Of a stretch of 64,000 bases of DNA, positions 33,394 through 45,579 are shown piece by piece. Source of the DNA: Candidatus Krumholzibacteriota bacterium (GTDB lineage: Bacteria > Krumholzibacteriota > Krumholzibacteriia > JAJRXK01); NCBI GenBank assembly GCA_963764625.1, contig CAVXTH010000006.1, positions 192,001-256,000 on the forward strand, read 5' to 3'. Position 1 is the stretch's first letter, and each line of letters begins with the position of its first letter. Position numbers and translations under genes: made by a program. The notes below the pieces were generated by a model, which saw nothing but the letters and a program-made list of their open reading frames with translations, was not told the origin of the DNA and did no database searches.

Positions 33394-35208
33394 ATGAGAT
33401 CCATCCTGCCTTCCTTTCTGCTGGTGCTTCTGATCGGGTCGCTGCTGGTGCAACCGGATGTGGCCCGAGCGGAGAAGTCCTACCGCGTCGACAGCCTGGT
33501 GATCGAGGCAAGCGCTCAAGCCGACGGGTCCCTGAAGGTGGTCGAAGAGCGCGCGTTTCGTTTTCGCGGCCGGTACAAGTACGCCTACCGCACCTTCTCT
33601 CGATCGGACGGCGTCGACTATTCAGGGTTCGTCGTCAGTGAAAACGGCAGACCCTACGCTCGGAACGACTCGCAGGCGCCCGGCACTTACAGGATCAGCG
33701 AGAACGGTGGCGTGATCGAGGTGCGCTGGTTCTTCAAGGCGAGCAATGAGACGCGCACCTTCACCATTTCCTACCAGGTGGAGAATCTCATCCGCCGTCA
33801 CCCCGACGCCGCAGTGCTGCACTACCAGTTTGTGGGTTCGGGGTTCGCAGTGGCGAGCTCGAACGTGAGCTTGAGCGTGCATCCGCCTCAAGAGCTCGCT
33901 TCCGCGCAGGTCCATCAGTGGTTGCACGGTCCCCTGTGGGCCGAGTCGGTGACCAACTCCGGTGGTGTGATCAAGGCCTGGTGTGACCGCCTCCCGGCCC
34001 ATCAATTCCTCGAACTGCGCGTCCTCTATCCACCGGACGCATTTCCGGACGCGCCGGCGGCGTCAGAACCGATCGTCGAGCGGGTCATGGAGGAAGAGGC
34101 AGTTCTGGCGAAAGCAGCCAACCAGCGGAGAATCGAGGCCCGGGCAAGAGCGGAGCGGCGCGCTGAGAGAATGAAGTTGGGTCGTGCCGTGACGCCGGTC
34201 TTGGGTCTTCTGGGAGTGTTTGCCTGGGTGCTCGTCTTCCTGCGCTACGGACGCAGAGCGGAAACTCCGACCAGGTCCAATCGTTCGGGAGAGATCCCGT
34301 CGGATCTGCCGCCGGCCCTGACCCAGTATCTGGTCGCGAACCGGATGGTCAATGCCAACGGCCTGGTGGCCACCTTTTTGGATCTGGCCAGCCGTGGATT
34401 TGTGGAGTTTCACGAAGATTCCGAGCTTCGAACCTACATCTTGGGCATCTCGAGGACGGTGAACAAGCACTACTGGGTTCTGCTGAGAAAGCACTATGAG
34501 AGCCATCGTTCCGATCTTCTTCCCTTCGAAACCATGCTGATCAGCTTCGTATTCGATGACCTCGCCAGCGGAGACCGCGCCCCAATGGACCTCTTCCGGA
34601 AGAACCGAACCAAGTGCCGCCGGTTTTTCGGCAAATGGAAGAAGGCGGTGGAGGAGGAAGGCCAGCGGCGCGGCTTCTATGCTGCCGAGAGTTACACGGG
34701 TCGTAACATCGGCATGATGGTTGGAGGACTTCTGATTGCCGTGGCGATTCCCCTGGGCTTCGTCTTTTTCGAGTGGGCCCTCGTGCCGGGCATTCTGGGC
34801 TTGGTGCTCTTTGTTTTGTCGCTTGCCATCGTGCATCATACGCGCCAGGGAGCCATCGAGGCCGCGCGTTGGAAGAGCCTGAAGAATTACCTGAAAGACC
34901 TTGGGTCGAAGCATGCGAGCTACCTCGACAGCGTCGAGCGGTATCTCGTCTACGGCGTGGCTTTGGGAGTGGGCAAGAAGGCCTTGACTGATCTGGGTGA
35001 CGCGATCCCTGTCGGTCAGCACCAGGGTTATGTTCCTTGGTACTATGTCCAAGGGGGGCACGGTGGAACCTTCGGCGCGTCCTTCGGCGCAGCCTTCAGC
35101 GCATCAGTGGCGACCGTGAGCTCCAGCATGTCGAGCGCGACCGGAGCGGGGGGAGGCGCGTCCGGCGGTGGTGGTGGCGCGGGTGGCGGCGGTGGCGGCG
35201 CCGGTTGA
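33394..35208 (+). CDS. DUF2207-family membrane protein
   Basis: Signal peptide, DGSLKVVE, TFLDLASRG, YLVYGVALGV, Gly-rich C-terminus. Confidence 0.85.
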   Translation: MRSILPSFLLVLLIGSLLVQPDVARAEKSYRVDSLVIEASAQADGSLKVVEERAFRFRGRYKYAYRTFSRSDGVDYSGFVVSENGRPYARNDSQAPGTYRISENGGVIEVRWFFKASNETRTFTISYQVENLIRRHPDAAVLHYQFVGSGFAVASSNVSLSVHPPQELASAQVHQWLHGPLWAESVTNSGGVIKAWCDRLPAHQFLELRVLYPPDAFPDAPAASEPIVERVMEEEAVLAKAANQRRIEARARAERRAERMKLGRAVTPVLGLLGVFAWVLVFLRYGRRAETPTRSNRSGEIPSDLPPALTQYLVANRMVNANGLVATFLDLASRGFVEFHEDSELRTYILGISRTVNKHYWVLLRKHYESHRSDLLPFETMLISFVFDDLASGDRAPMDLFRKNRTKCRRFFGKWKKAVEEEGQRRGFYAAESYTGRNIGMMVGGLLIAVAIPLGFVFFEWALVPGILGLVLFVLSLAIVHHTRQGAIEAARWKSLKNYLKDLGSKHASYLDSVERYLVYGVALGVGKKALTDLGDAIPVGQHQGYVPWYYVQGGHGGTFGASFGAAFSASVATVSSSMSSATGAGGGASGGGGGAGGGGGGAG

Positions 35209-35493
35209 CAACCTGGTCCCCCATCCTCTAGCATCCTCAGTTACGACCCACGACCAGCGGTTTGGGCTCCCGCAAATCGGCTTGTGCATCCAATGGTTCG
35301 CATCATCTCGGAGGAGTCAGCCAGTGTTGCGCCGACGTGGTTTCCCCCTACGCGATCTTGTCGCTGAGATTCCTGATGCTCGCCTGAACCTGCCCTCCTC
35401 CCGTAGCTCAATCGATCACGCCATTCAACCCGCGAGACTTCGCGTCCTCTCGGAGCGCCTACGGCGCACCGAGGCGCCTCGCCAAGGAGCGTT

Positions 35494-36051
35494 TTGCCCA
35501 TGGTTCGTCCACTTCATTCGTTGAGATCGTTCGCTCTTGTCCCTTTGCTCCTTTCCTTTGTGATCGTCGGCCAGGCGCGTGCGCAGGAACTGAGCTTCGT
35601 GCCCACTCCGGTGGGAGGAGTATTCGTCTGTCCCAACCCGATCGTCGTCGATCTCACCATTGACCCCGCGGTCGCCGATCTCCGCGGGTTCTCGATCACC
35701 CTGAGCTACGATCCGGCCGTACTCAACCCTCTCTCCGTGACGGCCGGACCGCTGGTGGCCTCGGCGTCGTGTGGCAATACCGTGTACTGGATCGATCCCG
35801 CCACCAACGACGGGAGTCTGGAAGTCGATCTGGCTCTGCTCGGGTGTTCTGTCGACGGACCGGGGTCGGTTCTGACCATCCAATTCGAGGGCGTCGGGGA
35901 CGGGACGACCACCCTCCAGTGTTCTAACAGCATCTTTCGGGACAGCGTCAACGCAGAGATTCCCGTGAGTTGTGTGCCCGTCGACATCAGCTACAGCTGT
36001 CCAGTGCCCACCGCTCTGCGTTCTTGGGGCACCCTCAAGGCCACCTACTGA
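35494..36051 (+). CDS. exported cohesin-like protein with SWGxLK tail
   Basis: Signal peptide; DLRGFSITLSYDPAVL..LSVTAGPL...GSVLTIQF (cohesin-like); ends CPVPTALRSWGTLKATY. Confidence 0.8.
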   Translation: MPMVRPLHSLRSFALVPLLLSFVIVGQARAQELSFVPTPVGGVFVCPNPIVVDLTIDPAVADLRGFSITLSYDPAVLNPLSVTAGPLVASASCGNTVYWIDPATNDGSLEVDLALLGCSVDGPGSVLTIQFEGVGDGTTTLQCSNSIFRDSVNAEIPVSCVPVDISYSCPVPTALRSWGTLKATY

Positions 36052-36091
36052 GTTCTTTGCACGCGGATCGACGATTCAAAAGAGGTAAATC

Positions 36092-39000
36092 ATGTCTCGC
36101 GCCCGATACTGTCAAACCATCCTTTCTCTTCTCGTTCTGGTTTTTTTCTCTGCCGGATCGGCTAGGGCCCAGAACGCGATCGTCACCGAGAACGCCCTGC
36201 CGGGCAATCCCCCCAGCGAGTGGGACGTGAGCGGCGCCGGGGACCAGAGTATTCAGGGCTTCGCCACCGACATCAGTGTCGACCAGGGCGGGACCATCGA
36301 GTTCAAGATCAGAACCGATGCCACGAGCTATCGCATCGACATCTACCGGCTCGGGTACTACGGAGGCGACGGGGCGCGCAAGGTCGCGACGGTGTTTCCT
36401 TCGGCCACTTTGCCTCAGAGCCAGCCCGCCTGTGTCTCCGATGCCGCCACTGGCTGTCTCGACTGCGGAAACTGGGATACCTCGGCGTCGTGGGCCGTTC
36501 CCACCGATGCGACCTCGGGGATTTACCTGGCAAAACTGGTGCGCTACCGATCCCGAGGATGGGCGAGCCAGCCACATCGTCTTCATCGTGCGCGACGACG
36601 ACGGCGGCAGCGATCTTCTCTTCCAGACCTCCGACACCACATGGCAGGCCTACAACCGTTAGGGGCGAGAGCGTACGACCGGAGGCTACAGCATCTACGA
36701 GGGTCCCACCGGCAAGGCCGACAAGATCAGCTACAACCGGCCCTTCGGCACCCGCGCCTATCCCACCGAAGACTGGCTCTTCAACGCCGAGTACCCGATG
36801 GTGCGCTGGCTCGAGCGCAACGGCTTCGACGTGAGCTACTCCACCGACGTGGACACTGATCGCCGTGGAGCCGAAATCCTGGAACACCAGGTATTCATGT
36901 CGGTTGGCCACGACGAATACTGGTCGCGCGCTGCGCGGGAAAACGTCACGGCCGCGCGGGATGCCGGAGTCAACCTGGCTTTCTTCAGCGGGAACGAGAT
37001 CTACTGGAAGATTCGCTGGGAAGACAGCATCGACGGCAACGGTACGCCGATGCGAACCCTGGTGTGCTACAAGGAAGGCGACCTCGGCGAGAACCAGTGC
37101 TTCGCCAAGTGCGATCCGGTGGCTGACGTGTGGACGGGATTGTGGCGCTCCGGTTGCGCCTACACGCCGCCGGCCGACGGCTGCGAGCCGGAGAACGCCC
37201 TCTCGGGACAGATCAGCTGGCTGGGCACCACGGGCTCCATCACTGTACCCAGCACCTACAGGGATCTACCCCTGTGGCGCAACACCTCCATCGCCACCCT
37301 GGGGCCCGAGGAGACCGCTACGCTTCCCAGTGGGACCCTGGGCTACGAGTGGGACTTCGAGCAGTACGAGGACTCCTATCCAGCGGGCCGGATTCGTATG
37401 TCCGAGACCCACCAGGATGGTGAGACCCATCACCTTTCCGTGTACCGTCACAGCAGCGGCGCTCTGGTCTTCGGGGCCGGCACCGTGCAGTGGTCATGGG
37501 GTCTCGACGCGAATCACGATCGTTCGGGGGGCGCAGAGGATGCGCGGATGCAGCAGGCCACGGTCAATGTGCTGGCCGACATGGGTGTGCAGCCGGCGAC
37601 CCTGCAGACGGGTTTGGTGGCGGCAACTCCTCTTTCGGATTCCACCGCGCCGCTCTCGGTGATCGCATTTCCCGCCGACGGCTCGTCGGTGGAAATCGGT
37701 ACCCCGGCTACCATCGCGGGAAGCGCTTCGGATACCGGAGGAGGAGCGGTCGCGCTGGTCGAGCTCTCCTTCGACGGGGGAGCGACCTGGCAGACGGCCC
37801 AGGGGCTTGCGAACTGGAGCTATCAGTGGACTCCCACCAGTTACCGGGCCGGTCGCCATCATGAGCCGGGCGATGGATGGAGCCTTCAACACCGAAACTC
37901 CCGGAGCGGGAATCAGCCTTACGGTCGATCCGCACGTCTGCCCCTGCACCCTCTGGAGTGACGCCGTCATTCCGGGAACCATCGATAGCGGCGATGCCGC
38001 AGCCGTCGAACTGGGGATGAAATTCCAGACCGAGGAGAATGGCTACATCACCGCCATTCGCTTCTACAAGGCCGCGACGAACACTGGCGTTCACGTGGGA
38101 AATCTGTGGGCCAGCGATGGCACCTTGCTGGGTAGCGCGACCTTCTCGGCCGAGTCCGCCTCCGGCTGGCAGGAGGAGCCCCTCAATCCGCCGGTGGCCG
38201 TCACCGCCAACTCCACCTACGTCGTCTCGTACCACACGAATACGGGTTACTACTCGGTCGATACCGAATACTTCGCCAGCACCGGTCTGAGCAATCCTCC
38301 TCTACGGGCCCTGGCCGAGGGAGAGGACGGGAGCAACGGAGTCTACAAGTACGGTGCCACCAGTGCCTTCCCGACCGACACCTTCAACTCGTCCAACTAC
38401 TGGGTGGACGTGCGCTTCAACACCAGCGCGGTCGACGATCAAGCGCCCTACGTGACGATTCACAGCCCCGCCACCGGCGCCTTGGGAGTTGCGGTGGAAA
38501 GCAACGTCACCGCGACCTTCAACGAATCGGTCGATCCGTTGAGCGTGGTTTTCGAGTTGCGCGACGCGGGCAACAGCCTGGTCGCTACGAACTTCAGCTA
38601 CGACGGTCCGTCCCGGACCGCGATCCTCGACCCCGTGGTCGACCTGGATCATTCCGCCCAGTACACCGCCACTCTGAGCGACGCGACCGACCTGGCCGCC
38701 AACTCGCTGACCGCACTGGTGAGCTGGTCGTTCACCACCGAGGACGTGCCGCCACCGCCTCCTGACGAGGGTCCGGGCGGGCCGATCCTGGTCATCGGCG
38801 AGGCCGGTAGTCCCTTCACGCGCTACCCGGCGGAGATTCTCCGCACGGAGGGCTTCAACGCCTTCACGGTGACCGACATCAGCCTGGTCGACGCGAGCGT
38901 CTTGACCAACTACGACGTGGTGATCCTGGGCGAGATGGCGCTTTCCGCTGGTCAGGTCACCATGTTCAGTGACTGGGTGACCGCGGGCGGCAATCTGATC

Positions 39001-42000
39001 GCACTGCGGCCGGACAAGCAACTGGCTTCACTGCTGGGATTGAGCGATGCGGCCAGCACTTTGGCCGAAGGCTATCTGTTGGTGGACACCGCCTCGAGTC
39101 CGGGTGCGGGCATCGTCGGCGAGACCATCCAGTACCACAGCAGCGCCGATCTCTATGATCTCGCGGGGGCCACCGCCGTCGCCACCCTGTATTCCGACGC
39201 GACGACGGTCACGACCCATCCGGCCGTCACCCTGGTCAGCGTGGGGAGTAATGGGGGACAGGCGGCCGCCTTCACCTACGACCTGGCGCGCTCGGTGGTC
39301 TACACTCGGCAGGGTAATCCCGCCTGGGCCGGACAGGAACGCGACGGCACAACGCCCATCCGTTCGGACGATCTCTTCTTCGGAGATGCCGCCGGCGATC
39401 CGCAGCCGGATTGGATCGACCTGAACAAGGTAGCCATTCCGCAGGCCGACGAGCAGCAGCGCTTGCTCGCCAATCTCATTCTCAGCATGAATTCCGATCG
39501 TGAGCCTCTGCCTCGTTTCTGGTACTTCCCCCGGGGCTTGCGCGCGGTGGTGGTGATGACGGGTGACGACCACGGCCCGGGCAGCAACTCGGTGGGCCGC
39601 TTCGACATCTACAAATCGAGTGATCCGGTGGGTTGTTCGGTGGCCGATTGGGAATGCGTGCGCGCGAGTACCTATCTCTATCCCGGGACGGGAGGAATGA
39701 CCGACGCGCAAGCGGTCTACTACCAATCTCTGGGATTTGAGATCGGGGTGCATGTCACGACGTCCTGTGGGGACTGGACCGAATCCTCGCTGGCTTCGGA
39801 TTACACCACGCAGCTCGGCGACTTCTACACTCTGTTCCCCAGCATGCCCACGCCTGATTCGGAGCGGACGCACTGCATCGCCTGGAGCGAGTGGGCCACC
39901 CAACCCAAGATCGAACTTGCGAACGGAATTCGATTGGACACCAACTACTACTACTGGCCCGGGAGCTGGCTGCAGGATCGGCCCGGCATGTTCACCGGTT
40001 CGGGGATGCCCATGCGCTTCGCCGATCTTGACGGTACGATGATCGACGTCTACCAAGCGGTGACGCAGATGACGGACGAGTCGGATCAGAGCTTCCCCTA
40101 CACCATCGACACGCTCCTTGATCACGCCCAGGGCCCCGAGGGGTATTTCGGGGCTTTCACCGCCAACATGCACAACGACAGCGTTACCCACGCCTCCGCG
40201 TCGGCCATCGTCGCGTCCGCCCAGGCGCGCGGCGTGCCGGTGATCTCCGGACGTCAGATGCTCACCTGGCTCGACGCGCGCAACGGCTCGTCGTTCTCCA
40301 ACCTGGTGTGGTCCTCGAACACCCTGAGCTTCGATGTCGCGCGCTCGGCCTCGGCCCTGAATCTGGAAGGCATGCTTCCTGTCCAGGTGGGAGCCGCGAC
40401 CCTGCAGAGCCTCACTGGGGGTCTCGGCTCGGTCTGGGATCGCACCGAGACGATCAAGGGTGTCCAGTACGCGATCTTTCCCGCCGAGAGCGGCAGTTAC
40501 GTGGCGACCTACGAGGTGGACACGACGCCGCCGGTGATCAGCAATGTGAACGCAGCTCCCGCCATCGACGGCACCGCGGTGATCAGCTGGGATACCGACG
40601 AGGCGGCCACCTCCGTGGTAAATTACGGCACCGATGCGGGAAATCTGAATCTGAGCGTGTCCGACCCCGCGCTCGTGAGCAGCCACGGTCTTACTCTGAC
40701 CAGTCTGGCATCCGCCACGACCTACTACTACCGGGTGAGTTCCGCCGATGCGGGAGCGCTCGTCAGCACCGAGCCCCCCACAGGCAATTCTCCCCTGAGT
40801 TTCCTCACTCCGGTGGGCCCGTGCCTGAGCGACGCCACGGTGGCCGACTTCGCGGCCGGGACGCCCGATGCGGCGATCCACATTTCGCAGGTGAGCGACG
40901 GTGAACTCACCCTCGCACCGACCGAGGTAGCGGAGTTCGACGGAAGCAGCGTGCCGACCGGCTGGAACAGCGGGCTGTGGGATCCCTCCGGCGGCGCGAC
41001 GGTGGCCGGTGGACTGCTTTCGCTCGACGCGGCCTATGCCGGGACCGATGCGGTCTACGGTCCAGATCGTGCGGTGGAGTTCGTCGGAACCTTCCAGAAC
41101 GTCGGGGGTCAGCATTGCGGTTTCGGGATCACTCTCAACGAAACCAACTGGGCCATCTTCAGCACGGGCCTAAACGGGGGAACCCTCCTTGCGCGCGTGG
41201 CAGACGGCGGCACCCTCATCGATTTCGACCTGGGTTCCTCCACTCTGGGGAGCGCCCATCTCTATCGCATCGAATGGGCGGCCTCGGAAGTGCGGTTCTT
41301 CATCGACGGCGCTCTGGTCCACACCGAGTTCATCGCGCTCAGCACTTCCATGCGTCCTCTGGCCAGCGACCTCAATCTGGGGGGACCGGATCTTGTGATC
41401 GACTGGATGCGCATGACACCGTACGTCTCTGCTGGAAGCTTCACCTCGCGGGTCTACGACGCGGGGACGGCGGCCAACTGGGGCGTGATCAACTGGAACT
41501 CCGACTCTCCACCCAACACCAGCGTTGCCATGGCGGTGCGCATCGGCAACACCGCGACTCCGGATGGCACTTGGTCGCCCTTCGGTGTCATCGCCAATCC
41601 GGGTGATCTGGTGGGGGGCAACAGCCGCTACCTCCAGTACCGCATCGATTTGGCTACCGGTGATCCTCTGGTCACCCCCGCGGTGGAAGACGTGGCGGTC
41701 GACTGCGCGCCGGGACCGGATGTCGATCCCCCGGTGATCCTCAACGTGGTGGCCACGCCATCGGTCGATGGGACCGCCGCCACCGTGACCTGGACGACCC
41801 TCGAGGCGGCGGATTCACGGGTGGACTTCGACACCGCTTCGTCTCCCTTGACCCAGCAGCAGAGCGATGCAGCGCTGGTGTTCAACCACTCCATCGATCT
41901 TTTGGGCCTGACTCCCGGGCAGACCTATTACTTCCGGGTGAGCTCGGCCGACGCCGCGAGCAACAGCGCCACCGAACCGATTCTCGCGAACCCTCCGCTG

Positions 42001-44268
42001 AGCTTCACCACTCCGGCGCCCTCGTGCGCGATGGTGAGTACGAGCAGCGAGTTCGGGGCGGGAACTGCGGACGCGGGGGTGACGGTGGCCGAGATCGGTG
42101 ACGGGGCCCTGATTCTGACTCCGGCCGAGGGCTCGGACTTTTCCGGTACGGCTCTGCCTTCGGGATGGCAGAGCACGCCTTGGGTCGCCGGCGGCGGAGG
42201 GGTGGTGAGCGGAGGCGCTCTCTTGGTGGACGGATCTCTGGTGGGGACCGACGCGGTCTACTCCGCGGGGCGGGTCCTGGAGTTCAGGGCCACCTTCGGC
42301 CCCGAGGCCTTCCAGCACGTGGGCTTTGCGGTCGACTTTGATACCGTGAACAGCTGGGCCATGTTCTCGACTTCGAACCAGACCACCGATCTCTACGCGC
42401 GCACGTCCCCCGGTGGAGCGGACATCAATCTGGGGAGCGGGTTCGTGGGCAGTTCGCATCTCTATCGCATCGAATGGAACGCTAGCAGCGTCCTCTTTTC
42501 CATCGATGGAGCGCTGGTCAACACCCAGAACGTGAGTATCGCCACCGACATGCGACCGGTTGCTAGCGACGTGCACTACAACGACGGCAACCTGATCACG
42601 ATCGATTGGCTGCGCATGACTCCCTACGCCTCCTCAGGCACCTGGGAATCGGAGATTCACGATACCGGCCAGTTGAACTCCACCTGGCATACTCTGAGTT
42701 GGACACAGGACGTGCCGGCCGGATCCTCGCTCGTGGTGAGCGCCCGGGGTGGCGATACGCCCACTCCCGACGGGAGCTGGACCAGCTACACGCCGGTGGC
42801 ATCCTCGGGAACCGACCTCGCACTGAATGCGCAGTACCTGCAGCTACGGGTCCAACTCTTTAGCCTCGACGGTACGGTTACGCCGGTCTTCGAGGACTAC
42901 TCGGTCACCTGCACCGGATGTCTGGACAACACACCGCCCGATGCCCTGACCGACTTGGCGGCCTCGCAGGTGAAGACGGGCAATCCGGCGGGTCAGCTCA
43001 CCCAGATCACCGCGAGTTGGAGCGGAAGCGAACCCGGTTCGACGGTGGAGGTGTTCCGCAAGAGCTTCGGCGACTATCCCGACTACGACGACGGACCCAC
43101 GCCGGGCGTCGCGCCCACGCCACCGGCTGATCCGGCCGCGGCGGTCAGCGAGGGCTGGAGTTCGGTCTACCAAGGCTCCGACCTCGAGTTCACCGAGCTG
43201 CCTCCGGCGCGCGATTTCTGGTACTACGTCGCCTTCGTCACCGACGCCTGCGACAATGTCTCGGCCGTTTCGAACATGACGGCCGGAACCCTGAGTTACT
43301 TCCTGGGCGACGTTTCGGACGGAGTGACCACGGGGACCGGAAACAACGACGTGGCCCTGGAGGACATCTCGTATCTGGGGGCGCACTACGGTGCGAACCG
43401 CGGCGAGGCTCTCTACGAATCGGACCTCGACGTGGGACCGACGAACACGAGTACGATCGATGGCCGGCCGCTCACCGATGGCCATCTGGGCTTCGAGGAT
43501 CTCATCCTGTTCGCGATCAACTTCGGGGTGGTCTCCAAGCAGGACATTACTTGGACTCCACCCACGACGGCCGGTGGCAACACTCTGGTGTGGCAGGCGC
43601 CGACCACTCTGCCCGGGGTGGGGGAGACCGTCGATCTTCCTCTGGTCATGGACGGCAACGGTACGGTGCTGGGTCTCAGTGCACAGCTGCAATGGGATCA
43701 GTCGGTGCTGGCCTTCCAGGGGTTCTACGCCGGTGATCTACTCTCCAAGCAGGAAGGTCCGAACATCCTCTTGCAGCCCGAGGAGGGCAGACTGGATCTG
43801 TCGCTCCTGGGGGTACGGGAACGGGGAATCAGCGGCCAGGGGACACTGGCTCACGCGAGCTTCAAGGTGCTCAAACCGGCCGAGCCAGGGTTTGCGACCG
43901 GCGAGGTCATGGCACGCGATCTGAACAACGCGAAAGTGGACGTGACGGTGGAACTGTCTCACGAGCAAACACCCCAGATCAGCAAGCCACTCGTGACGGC
44001 TCTGCACCCGAACTATCCCAACCCCTTCAATCCGAGCACCTCGATCGCATTCGATCTGGCCAGGACCGGACCGGTCTCGCTGAAGATCTACAGCGTGAGC
44101 GGCCGCCTGGTGAGAACCTTGGTCAACGAAGTTCGTACAGCAGGGAGTTTCGTCGAGGTGTGGAACGGCACCGATGCCTCAGGGCGTGGAGTCGCCTCGG
44201 GGAGTTACCTGGTGCGGCTTCAGACCCAGGAGGGTTCACAGATCCAGCGGATGATCTTGAGTAAGTAA
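36092..44268 (+). CDS. giant (~2700 aa) secreted protein: N,N-dimethylformamidase-beta-like domain, Ig, DUF4082, Big_5, deacetylase-like region, duplicated FN3+lectin-like units, dockerin-like, cohesin-like, FlgD/T9SS-like CTD; frameshifts ~36545 and ~37843, in-frame TAG at 36660
   Basis: ENALPG, IYRLGYYGGDGAR, TWQAYN, EYPMVRWLERNG, GHDEYWS; VELGMKF...NYWVDV (DUF4082); NYPNPFNPSTSIAFDL...GRLVRTLV...WNGTD..G..VASGSYLVRL. Confidence 0.8.
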
Positions 44269-44276
44269 GTCACCCC

Positions 44277-45530
44277 TTGTCTGACCCCTCGAATCGAGCT
44301 CTAAGAGAGCTTCGTATCGGTGAGTTTGTCGCCTTGATGGCGCTGATGACCTCGCTGGTGGCGCTCTCCATCGACGGCATGTTGCCCGCGCTGGCCGCGA
44401 TCGGGGCCAACTTGGGTGCGGTTTCCGCCAACCAGACCCAGTGGGTGGTCACCGCGCTTCTGATCGGCCTGGCGGCGGGACAACTGGTCTACGGTCCTTT
44501 GAGCGATAGTGTGGGGCGCAAGGGACCGGTCCAGGTGGGTCTCGTCATTTTTGGCGTCGGCTGCCTGCTCTGCATCGTGGCCTCGGACTTTCGTACCATG
44601 CTGGCGGGCCGCTTGCTGCAGGGTCTGGGAGTGGCTGGTCCACGCAGCGTCTCCATCGCCCTGATCCGTGATCTTCACTCCGGGCGCGAGATGGCGAAGA
44701 TCATGTCCCTCATCATGTCGGTGTTCATTCTGGTGCCCATCATGGCGCCGGCCGTGGGTCAGGGAATCCTGTTGGTGTTGAATTGGCGTGGGATCTTCGG
44801 GTTCTTCCTCCTCCTCTCGCTCGTGGTGTCGGCGTGGTTCGCGCTGCGGCAGCCCGAGACCCTGCCGCGTGAACGTCGCAAGCGCTTTGCCCTGGAAGAA
44901 GCTCGGTTCGACCGCGAGTGGCGTGGTGCGCAATCAGGCCGCAATCGGCTTCACTCTGACTTCGGGGATTTCGTCCGGCGCCTTCATCGGCTATCTCAGT
45001 TCGGCCCAGCAAATCTTCCAGGACGTTTTACCATGTTGGTTCGCGCTTCGCCTTGTACTTCGGAATTTTGGCGGCCTCGATCGGCCTGGCGGCGCTGCTC
45101 AACGGACGCCTGGTCATGCGTCTGGGAATGATCCGGCTTTCCACCTGGGCTCTCCGCGCGATCTCGGCCCTTTCAGTCATCTATCTCGACGCTCTGCTAC
45201 TTCTTCCCGAACCAGGCAGGTCTGGTCTGGTTCATGGTCTACATGATCTTGACCTTCTTCTGCGTGGGAGTGCTCTTTGGAAACATGAACGCTCTGGCGA
45301 TGGAGACTCTGGGCGAGGTGGCCGGGGTGGGAGCTGCCGTCGTGGCTTCGGTGTCGCTCACCGTCTCCATCGTGTTGGGGGCAGTGATCGGTCAGAGCTT
45401 CGATGGCACCGTGGTTCCCTTGGTGGGTGGATTCGCGTTGCTCAGTCTGTGTAGCCTACCCCTCATCGCCTGGGCGGAGCGCGGTCGCGAGGCGGGAGCT
45501 GAAGTCGAGTTACGGACGCCGGTAAGCTAG
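44277..45530 (+). CDS. Bcr/CflA-family MFS drug efflux transporter, several frameshifts 44900-45240
   Basis: ALSIDGMLPAL, GPLSDSVGRK, GRLLQG, LRQPETLP; C-terminal helices in ORFs 45053.. and 45234.. Confidence 0.85.
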
Positions 45531-45579
45531 CAGGGAAGTGTGTAGCGGAATGGAATGCAGTGTGAAGATCGCCTCGAGA

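Noticed and set aside
35150-35205. GGC/GGT microsatellite-like run
   Set aside because: Encodes the standard Gly-rich C-terminus of DUF2207 proteins.
35260-35340. Possible cyclic di-GMP-I riboswitch (GCAAA...CAGCCAG)
   Set aside because: Lacks the GNRA tetraloop/receptor stems and the second conserved GCAAA block.
39028-41115. Long antisense ORFs (also 9034..10515, 17053..18528, 28807..30114, 56203..58053)
   Set aside because: Shadow frames opposite well-supported genes, expected from high-GC codon bias; no motifs.
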